A DNA stretch of 47,513 nucleotides, counting the filler, from Jimgerdemannia flammicorona (taxonomy: Eukaryota), in assembly GCA_003990765.1 (NCBI GenBank). It is 2 parts of 2 records of this genome, joined end to end, with 100 filler letters (N's around TTAATTAATTAA, not from the genome) between each part and the next. Parts side by side here need not be neighbours in the genome. Positions count along the whole stretch, not along the records: positions 23,809 to 47,513 come from RBNJ01001075.1; 1 more part is not named here. One strand, given 5' to 3'. A model generated the notes under the pieces. That model made no database searches. It had not been told where the DNA came from and saw only the letters and a list, made by a program, of their open reading frames with translations. Position 1 is the first letter of the stretch. Each line of letters begins with the position of its first letter. Positions 37,806 through 47,513 of the stretch are shown here, one piece after another. The translations under genes and the position numbers were made by a program.

Positions 37806-38751
37806 GCCTACCATTACTAGTTGCGTCGTTTCGAGGTGTACGGCTTTGACTTTTTTTTTTACTTTATTTGGCTTCCCATGGCTGTCGTGGTCCTCGTTAC
37901 TGGCGTAAGTGGGTCAACCCATGTGCATAATACCCTTTATTACATTACCGGAAGGATTCGCTTGAAGAGAGGGATCTCAAGTTGTGATCTCCGGAAGTAT
38001 GTAGCGGGACCGCGTCTCTCACTTCAGAAACTCAAGCTTGAATCCTGTGCGATCCGAGGCATGGTTGCTTAGAGGGAGTAACGTGAAACAAGCGGCATGT
38101 GCCGCCAACTCGTGATTTGAAGCTCACGATACCAACACTTTGATTTAATTAGCACAGATATGCCATTCAAACTGTGAATATGCTTATTAATGATCAGGAG
38201 TTTGTCATCAGGCTGAAAAATAATATGTTGGTCTCGGAGTAAACATGTTATCAATCGTTTTTTTTCCTCAATAATGGAGACTGTTACATTGTTAAATTGT
38301 TGGCCACAAAAGCGGAAATGGATGAATACTTTTGGCGATTCATCGTACAAAATTAATAAGGAGCACAGACATACCACCCCCCTTTCCCAAAGGCCGATTT
38401 TGTGGTAGTACTCGGATATTAATTACAAGGGATCCATCCTCGAACTTTATTTGATAAATCTCAGTACATGTACATAATGCCCCGAATGACTCCAATATGA
38501 ATTAAATCTTCATTCGAATTCGACCTTCGGGCCGGACCGTCGGCGGTAATCCAACATTTGCTTACTATTATGTTATTAAATTTATTTGCACGTAATCACA
38601 TGAATAACCCCTATTCTGTTAGTAGATATTCTAGTATATCAACGATTGTCATTATATCCTATAGTTTATATGTCACAATAATTGAATATGTAAATCAATA
38701 TAAAAGGTCGCACTTGAGCTCACGATTTCCTTGTCTATTGCGCTAATCATA

Positions 38752-40242
38752 ATGGCGTCTCTTTCACCAAAAGCTGCGCAAAAAGCTGCAAAACAAGCTG
38801 CACAAAAAGCTGCAGAACAAGCTGCACAATTATCTGCTCTTTCACAACAAGCCGCACAATTATCTATTATTTCCCAGCAAGTTGAACAAGCTGCCCAACA
38901 TGCTGCCAAACAAGCTGACCGACAAGCTGCTTATTCCAAAGAAGCGGGAAAATTATATGAAGTTATTTGCCGGCACACTCTTCAAGAAGAAATCTCGTCG
39001 TCATCCTTCCATTCTTGCGCTCAAGATAAGAACTTCGAAGCACGCAAATTTAAAGACGAAGCCATAATCGACGAGACACAACAGTATATGAAAGAGCGAC
39101 AACCGATTGACGACGCCGAAAAGTCCTTCGCACAGCTCTGGAAAGCTACGGGAGAGACGGGCGATGGAATTTCTTTCGATAAGTTGGAGGCAGATATTTT
39201 GGCAAACGTCAATGTTGCCGAACAAGTCGCTTTTGGAAAATTAAATTCGAGAATGACGTTTTTCATTATTATATATATATATTAGTAAAGTATATATTAT
39301 ACACTATTTAATTTCCTTGATATCTTTTATAGCTCAGAATCGAGTCAATTGAATTCCTCGGATATGGAACCTCGTCCTTCTACATCACAATATATTGTAG
39401 GCGAAGTATCAGTGAATGCGGATTTATGTGACCACAAGCTTCTTCAGCTTGAACGAATGCTCTGTTATCTGCTTATTGAGCAAAGAAGGAAACGAAACAA
39501 TTCCGAATTGAAGGCATGCGATGTTTTTGCCCTGGCTTTTGTCGGTATGTATACCACGTCCTTTAAAGCATTTTATACATTTTCTACTTGTAGATGCATA
39601 TATATATATGTGCATTTGTTAACTTTGAATATCTTTCAGCGTTTCCTAAAAATATTGTCGACCAAATACGGTCATATTTGCAAAAACATCGTAAGGCAAT
39701 CCAATTACTAAACGAATTATTTGATGCTGAGCGTTTTTATATAATGGTTGAAGAAAGTGAGTAGTTATATTTTAAATATAATCTATTTAAATATGAATTA
39801 TTATATAATACTAACAATGGTATCCAAATTGCTGTTGTTAGGAAAAGCCCATACTGTGCTTCTTCGCGCATTCGATGTTATCAAAAAGCTCGAAAAAGAA
39901 ATTGCAATTATCAAGAATCAAAGCAGCGATTCGAAGATGGTGGAGGGCGCTGAGAACATCAAGAAGGACTTTGAGAACATCAATACAGACGTTGAAGGCA
40001 TCGAGAACATCGATACGGATAATACGGACGTTGAGAGCAACAAGACGGACGATGAGATCAAGGCAGACATTGAGAACATCAAAACGGACGATGAGATCGA
40101 GACGGACAATGAGAACGTCAAGACGGAAGTTGAGAAGTTGAAACCAGCAAAACGGACGAAGAAACAAAACCGGCCGTGGTGGAAAAAATCGAAACGGACG
40201 TTGATAATCAGACCAACGTCGAGAGCATCAAGCCACGCTTGA
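38752..40242 (+). CDS. Paralogue D: 4-exon gene with a shorter heptad array; first donor site altered by a deletion
   Basis: Highly similar to B. A deletion near 39255 removes the GTAT donor, leaving an in-phase weak GTTTTT donor. Exons 2-4 are intact and the gene ends SRASSHA*. Confidence 0.65.
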
Positions 40243-40603
40243 ATCACTTTTGTTGAGGGGAATTTATGACTACCAATGGAGTTATCAGTGGAGAGGTCAC
40301 CACAGCGACAATTCGAAGAATATAAATAAAGTATATCTATCACATAAATGAGTTCAACATTCGCATTCAGTACAAAAATGGCGAAATATTGTTGGCGGAG
40401 GGACAAGGACAGTAAACGTAGATGTACGTCTATTAGCGACGACATAATTAAATTACGATTTATCCATGTTTCCCCTTTATTTTTTCCATGGAGGGTTATC
40501 TGCCTGTTGATCCGGATACAACATGAAACCGATGTCCTTAAGGAACGTTGTCGTCGTGAAGCGAATAGACAGTCATTTTATTGTGCCGAAGCACCATGAT
40601 TAT

Positions 40604-43363
40604 TGTTGTGACGAACAGAAGAAGCGATTTATTCATAAATACAAATCGTGCGCTTTTAGGCGCTGTAATGATGATGTAAAACGAATTGGCGTAAAGTCAC
40701 GTGGATACATATCGACTTGTAATCCCAACACTCCTGCTCAAGGAGATATGTACGCCAAAACAAAAAAAAGAATATCATTGCAATCTGCAATAAAATACAA
40801 ACTAGAGTAAAAAAAGCAATGCAACATATGCAAAAAACTAGAACTGCATATAACCCAAATTACAACTAGAAATCCTACATCTAAGGAATTTTTCGCAGGT
40901 CGAAAAGTGTTCTGAAATACCTGTAATACCCAAAGAAATGCAAAATGCATGTGGATAACGCAAATAAAGGGGTAATGTGAATGTCAAATATATATGCAGT
41001 ACAAGAGACTTTTAAGTGCCTGAAAAGTGTCCCATGATAAACCGCTAGACTTTGCCAAAATGCTGGTGTAGAGGGTGCATTATCCTGTAATGTTCAAAAA
41101 AGTCCCATTTGCTCATCACAATATTCCTCATCGTAGTATTCAGACTCGCCATCAGACTCATTGTAGTCTTCAAACTTGTCATAACATTGGTCGTTGAGGT
41201 CCCAATCAGCATTACAGGAGCTGGATAACTGTATACCACTCCCGCTTAATCTATTATCATTTCCATTGCCACACAGAGTGACTGTATAGTTCGCCATTCC
41301 TTTAATATACCTATTCTCATTCTCAAGAAGTGTTGTTCCTGATGAGAGAGCCATATTTGTCCATAGCCTTTTCCACTCTTTGCTGTTGGAGAGATTCATG
41401 GCTTCATACATGCTGTTTGTGGTACTGTGGTCGATGGTTGTTGTTTTGGTAGTTGCTTTTTTGACTCTTTTGGCAGTTGCCTTTTTGGCAGTTGAATATC
41501 ACCATTATCTAGGTTTGTCACAGATTGTTTAACTGGCATTGACAGTGGTTATTGCACTGCTTGTACTGCTTGTACTGGATGTTATTACTCTTTTGGCAGT
41601 TGCTCTTTTGGAGAGAATTTCTCATCGCTGGAAGTTTTGCCATCCTGAATTTCAATTATTCTAGGCTCGAGATGCACTGGCAGTTGCCAATACATTTCTG
41701 TTAACTGTTACATTTACACTGTTTTCTCAGGTTGTACTGGATGTTGTTGTGCTGATTGTTGTGCTGTTTGCACTGAATGTTGTTGTCCTGAAGATGTTGT
41801 CATTGAAGCCGTTGACAGTTGTTTTTGCCATTTGCGCTAGATGTTGCACTGGTTGTTGCCCCATTTAATCAGCATTGGCTGTATTGTTAGCATAATTGCC
41901 AGTTGTTGCTGGATACATATAAGTCGTTGATATCAGGTATAATGTCGCTTGACGTAGTTGTCGAGTTAGCCCAGATATGGATGTCATTCGGGGTTGACAT
42001 AGTTGTCGAATTCGAGTGCTGGTGGATAGCATACTGTGCTTTTGGAGATGTCAATGTAATTGTCATATTCACATGCTGGCATATAGCGTATTTGCGGACA
42101 GGTATGCCATTAATTGTATATAGGTTGCCTTTTTTGATGCTGTCATTAGTCGCCTTTGGCCGTTGTATATTGTCGCACCTTTTGAATGTAAATGTATTTG
42201 CTTGTTTCCACGTGACATAATCTTTCCTATTGAGAATAAATTCTTCTTTAAATCAGGAGCATAGAGGACATCATATAGTGTGCTGGTCATCAGTTGCCTA
42301 ACGTTGCTATACAATTCCATGTTGACGTTGCCTTGTCCTTTGACATAAATGATGTTGTTATTTCCCATTTCTATAGGGATCGATTCCTTGAACTCCTTGT
42401 ATGTGCTGAACCATTCGCAGTGCAGCATCATATGCTGTATTGTGCCGAAGTCTATTAGCCAGATATCGTCGTTATCATCAGCTGAGTTGGAGCTTTCATT
42501 GTTGCTGATGTCACCACGTTTCGGGTGAAGCAGGTGTGGCTGACCTGTAGATGTCAGGTTGGTGGTAGAATTTGCACTGGTAGATCTCGTAGAACTGACT
42601 GTAGACCTGATGCTGGCAGGACTTTTCGTCAGTTCAAAAGTATATCCCGAATTAGGTCCTAAATCAGCATATGCATAGGTTGCTTGCGTGTAGAATAGAC
42701 CATCCTTGTTGCCAGTTTCGGCGGTATAGTTGGCTTGGCCACTCTGGCTCTTGCCATTCCAATTATTTTCACCGCGTTGTTCATGTAGTCGGTGATAATC
42801 TTCACTGTGGTTCTTTTTACTATAGCATTCCCTTTCACAGTGTCCATGTTTCCTGTAGGACTTGCAGTTACCTTTGAACTTTGCATTTCCGCGTTGAGCT
42901 TGGGTTTGGGTTCGTCCGCGTTGGCCTCGTTTTTGCTGGTCTCGCATGTACTGGCCTCGTTGGTCTTTTCCATGACCTCGTGAGCTGTAAAAGGCTTTTT
43001 CATTGTCATCATAATTGCCTTGACCACTGAGCGGGCATAATCGCCTGCCACCTGGGAGGGCTTCTTTGTTGTTGCCATCTGGATTGTCCTCTTGACCACA
43101 CTTACAGCAGCGGGGACTTGCGACTGTCATTGCCATTATGCGTACATGCTTAGATCATAGTGTATGCTTAGAGGATCGTTGGATCTTGTCTAGCAGAATA
43201 TTTTCTTAATGACTAGTGCTTCTCTTAGCAACTATCGGGGCTCATAACCTATGTTGTGACGAACAGAAGAAGCAATTTAGGCGCTGTAAATGATGACATA
43301 CAAATGATGTAAAACGAATTGGCGTAAAGTCACGTGGATACATATCGACTTGTAATCCCAACA
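40604..43363 (-). mobile_element. Internally deleted Ty1/copia LTR retrotransposon (2.76 kb)
   Basis: LTRs 40604-40730 and 43252-43363 (TG...CA); TSD ATTAT (40599-40603 and 43364-43368), with the empty site visible in the paralogous block at ~31700; PBS GGTTATGAGCCC; PPT TGAGCAGGAG; gag knuckle CKSYRKHGHCEREC, protease WLIDFGTIQHM, LYDVLYAPDLKKNLFSIGK. No integrase core or RT is recognisable. Confidence 0.95.
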
Positions 43364-44687
43364 ATTATACACAAATCGCTTTGACAAATGGTTACATACA
43401 TATTTACAAAACGTTTCCAAGATGTTAAACTGTTTGGCGCATACTTTCGTGCTTCAATCCCGTAGTGGCTGAGGTTGTTTCGTGGTTTAACGTCGGGTGT
43501 ATATATGTTGCTTTTTTATACGGTTGCCTGTCGCAAATTCCGCGAACATGACAGGATGTCAATTTCCCGTAATACCACAATGTATTTGACCGTGTTGGGA
43601 ACGGCGTCAACATAAATTACAGAATATAATATTTTTTGGGGACATTAGTCAAATCCGAATAGCCAATGCACAGCGAGCGCCATTATGTTCCTGCGCGTCG
43701 CAAGCTGCCACAGTCCTACCACCCCTTTGATCGGGGAGCCAGAGAGATTGGACGTATATGTTGCCGATAAGCAATGTTGCTTATTTGCAGTTCTCCGGTC
43801 CTCCGGTTCAGCAACCTCTAAGATATAAGGGGCACTGCGGCCACAACTTTGCTTTATTCGTTGGAAAGCTGATTGCCTTAAAGTGAGTGTAAGAATTACA
43901 CGGCATCAATGGGCGTGTTTTGCCCCTTGTTCCGGTTTCAATTTTCAGTTTTCTTTTTTCTTTTTTCCGACAAAAGCTGAACAATCTCAACCATATAACA
44001 ATATTGTCCGACGAATCTCCTCTACTACGGTGAATACCCATGGATTCAAGTAAAAATTAATAATATGTATTGGTCTTTTCTACGTGTTTGCTTGATGCTT
44101 TTTATTTGATTCATAGAGAGGCGAATGGCAGCTTGGACGCCTTGATGCTTATAATTGAGACCAATGTGAGGCTATTACTCGAACTCATATTGCTTAAATT
44201 TTACCTAGCTTATCCTAAATGCTTTGCGCATAATTCTCATACGTAGGACACGTGCCGCGTTCCATCGAAACAACAATTGGTAATATATGCGGATTTCTAC
44301 CATGAAGCAGCGGTCTGACTCGGGAAGCAGGAAGAAGCGAAAAGGTGAGAATCGGCGCCAAAATGGGTATATACGATATGGAAAGCATATTTATACACAA
44401 AGTTAATGAAAACAAAGAGCGGTAAAGGTTGGATGATCAGCAGGTAATGGAGATAAACAACATGCCTTGACAGGCTTCATTCTGCACGAAACCTAGCGAG
44501 ATTTCCTTATCGAAAACACACCCCATGGTCACTTTGTATACCATGCCCCTCTACTACCGACATTCCTTCTGTTGAGAATGCACCCCATGGCAACTTTATA
44601 TACCCTGCCGCAACAACGAACTGCAGAAATTCCCCCCTCTGCCAAGGTTCCATTTACCGCAGTTCCAGCTGAGAATGCACATCAAGG

Positions 44688-45140
44688 ACCATTGGGCTTG
44701 TCAAGAAGTATATACGTTTAAGGGTAAAGGCTAAAGGGGATTTTGTCATGTGAATAATGAAGAGATCACGAATAACGTGACCTACATCACCTCTTCAGAG
44801 AATGAATCGTGACGATCCCCAGTTTCCTGCCCAACCTCAGGTACCACTCCACGTTTGATACAGCGCGCGATCTCTCACGAACACTACGCGACTCGTAATC
44901 TTATTTCGAGAAAAAAAAAAAAAAAAAAGGCTGCTAATCAGAGAGTGATTGACGTTACAAGTAACATTTACTGTGCAAGGGATATTGTTGGGGTATCCAA
45001 ATGTGTGGTCAATTCACAAATCACTTCACTACACTGCGAGACGCCAGCGATGTCGGAATACTATAGGGTGTATGCACTCAATTGCCTCCGAAATATTTAA
45101 CATGACCTGTGAATTTAGTGCCCAAATACGCTTTTGGTCT
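44688..45140 (+). pseudogene. Second, more deleted fragment of the 5'-nucleotidase-containing block
   Basis: 44688-44895 is the reverse complement of ~30143-30335; 44980-45140 is the reverse complement of ~29380-29530. Confidence 0.7.
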
Positions 45141-45325
45141 CCGGTTCATATGCAGGTATGGCCATGTGAAGTGCTTTGCTGCACCAAGGCTGGAACGATT
45201 GGATCGAGCCTACCATTACTATTTACGTCGTGTCGAGGTGTACCGCTTTGACTCTTTTTTTTTACTTTATATGGATTACCATGGCTTTTTGTGGAGGTTT
45301 ATACCCGCATTGAAAATGTAATTAC

Positions 45326-45495
45326 GTGGTCTTAAATCACGATGTTTTTTTGGATTGTGTTTTTTTGGGTGACATAGTTGAATGATTTTTCAGTCGCGCG
45401 CCTGGCCATGTCCCTGGGCATGTGACTTTAAACATTCAGCTATATACGTCATCCAAAAAACACAATCCAAAAAACACCGTGATGCTATAGACCAC
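45326..45495. mobile_element. 170-bp foldback MITE-like hairpin
   Basis: Arms gtggtc...atcacgatgtttttttggattgtgttttttgggtgac and gtcatccaaaaaacacaatccaaaaaacaccgtgat...gaccac; TA dinucleotides lie close to both ends. Confidence 0.75.
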
Positions 45496-45935
45496 CCATA
45501 TCCGTCATAATACCCTTTATTACATTACTGGAAGGATCCCCTACTTGTAATAGACCGAGATCGTGACTGGCTCCCCGCGACTTGGCAAGGTATGCTAACA
45601 ATATACTCTATGTAAGCTGAAACTGGGTTTGTTTCTGCCATCGTTGGTCAGTCCTACCTGGAATCTCAATTCACTGTGGCTTAGAGTAAGCAAATGTTGG
45701 ATTATGCCGACGGTTCGGGGTATTAAGTATATGTACTAAGATTTATCAAATAAAGCTTGAGGATGGATTCCTTGTAATATCCGAGTACTACCACAAAATT
45801 GGCCTTTGGGAAAAGGGGGGCGTATGTCCGTGCTCCAGGGTCATGTATAACTCTATTATTTTCGACTAATTTTGTACGATGTATAGCCAGAATTATTCAT
45901 CCATTTCCATTTTCGTGGCCAGACAATTTAACTAT

Positions 45936-47513
45936 TGTAACGTGCCGGCTCAATGGAGGCAAATTACAAGGTTGGGGGTTGATGTAGTTTGGCTTGAGCC
46001 CCCAGTTACTTTGTTAAAAGCAACAAAATGTTCTTGGTGTTTAGCGGTATAATAGTCAAAGCTGGATATCTGTGAGCGATTTCCTTATTGGGACTGTTCT
46101 CTGGGTGTAGCGGCGATTTGTGTGGGTGGGTTTCCTTCTGGGAATGGCACAATTTCTGTGTAGCGCGACGATCTCCTTGTGCGTGACGGTCTGGCAATTT
46201 AGCGGTTCTCCTTATGCGATTTCTGCGTGACGATCTCTGTGTAGCACGACGATCTCGGTAGCGCAACGATCTCTGTGTAGCGCGACGATCTTTGTGTAGC
46301 GCGGTGGGTTCCTTATACAGGTCAACTGGGAACGCGGCGATCCGGTGGATAACTCGATTTGGGTTCACTGGGAATTGTATGGCATGGGTTCTTCTACACC
46401 GGGCTTACTGGGAATTATCTCGGGTGGCAGATAACTCGATAACTCAGGCTCACTGGGAATGACGAATAACTTGGATGGCGCGGATTCTTCTAAATCGGCG
46501 GCTTCAACTGGGAATACGGCGGATTAACTCAAAAGGCGGCAGATGACGCGGATTCTCCTGGATCGGCGGGCTTCTGGAAAATAACTTGGGTGGTGCGGAT
46601 TCTTCCTGAATCGGCGGCTTTAACTGGGAATGCGGATAACTCAAGAACGGCGGTTTCAACTGGGAAAGCGGATGGCGGCTTTTTTGGGAAAGGGTCTCTT
46701 GGCAAAGTTACGTCAAAGACTGGCTTCGTTTGCGCGACGAATCACTGCGAAGTTGCATCAGAAACTGGCTTAAGCAAGGCGGCTTTCTTTTTGGCGGCGG
46801 AAAAGGCGGAAATCTTCAGGCTTATCTGGCAAGCGAACCAAGGGCTTCTCTTCAAAGGCGGCGAAGTTCTTCTTGAACTTAGGCGGCAAGTCTTCAGGCT
46901 TATCTGGCAAGCGAACCAATCAATCCAAAGGCGGCGAAGTTCTTCCTTGAACTTGGCAGCGAAATCAGCTTTGTATCGGAAAGTGGACTGGAGTGGGAAT
47001 AAGGGGACCAATTGCTCAATCTTTAGAGGCTTCTTTGGTTTGCACTTCAATTCGGACTGAGGTTTTATTCACTCTCACCACTGGGGTAATTTATACAAGT
47101 TGGTTGCTATCTGGTTACTATGTGGCTAACTATAGATCTGCTACTTATGGCAGGTGTACAGAGTCTGTACAGTGTACAGAGTCTGTACAGGTAAACAGAC
47201 CCTTTCTGGTATGTCTGGCTATTTATATAGGTTCCGCAGCAAGGGTTGCTGGTTGCTAAGCTAAGTGTTCATGTCATTTTGTTCACGTCATCTGGTTAAG
47301 ATATGATTCGGGTGGTACGTCTTGGCTTGTCACATTAGCCCCCACTGAAGAGTAGTCTGTCTCAGGCTATTCTTCAGTCATCATCCTAATAAGCATAGGC
47401 TGCTTCTGCATCTATACCTGTTCCATCATCTTCATTGTCTGTACTGGGGTTACTCCATTCTAGAGGCTCTTCTTCTTCTTCAGGGAATAGAATTTCGACA
47501 GAGTTGATGATGC
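45936..47513 (-). mobile_element. Probable Ty3/Gypsy 3' end: ~1.4-kb LTR (45936-47334) with PPT and upstream internal sequence running off the window
   Basis: The minus strand reads cagtgggggctaa|TGTGAC...GTTACA; TATA-like TATATAAATAG ~105 bp into the LTR; homology to the neighbouring duplicated block stops at 45935. No second LTR is in the window. Confidence 0.6.

Noticed and set aside
43600..44680. Short ORFs and a small duplication (caccccatgg...ctttgtatacc twice)
   Set aside because: No recognisable product; insufficient support.

Overview
Eukaryotic, fungal-type genomic DNA with short GT-AG introns; the transposon repertoire suggests an early-diverging, Mucoromycota-like fungus (inference). 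An artificial 100-bp spacer (N44-TTAATTAATTAA-N44, 23709-23808) joins two contigs. The left ~23 kb is a nested transposon graveyard that is CpG-depleted, TpA-rich and heavily mutated C>T/G>A (RIP-like). It contains a chromovirus 3' end, two dUTPase-bearing Ty3/Gypsy elements, five copies of a ~1.2-kb poly(A) retroposon, a hAT-family MITE and two hAT transposons. One hAT is complete (8994-15546, TIRs plus 8-bp TSD) and carries, convergent with its transposase, a second intron-containing gene whose last exon has a TET/JBP-like 2OG-Fe(II) dioxygenase signature (HxD...HGT). This is the top candidate for an undescribed system. The right ~24 kb retains CpG. It holds a signal-peptide/single-TM gene with 23-aa repeats, four paralogues of a 4-exon gene (PD-(D/E)xK-like nuclease motifs plus variable coiled-coil repeats) in a mosaic of inverted duplications, 5'-nucleotidase remnants, a deleted copia element, a foldback MITE and a long Gypsy 3' LTR at the window end. 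All calls were made by eye and no searches were run.
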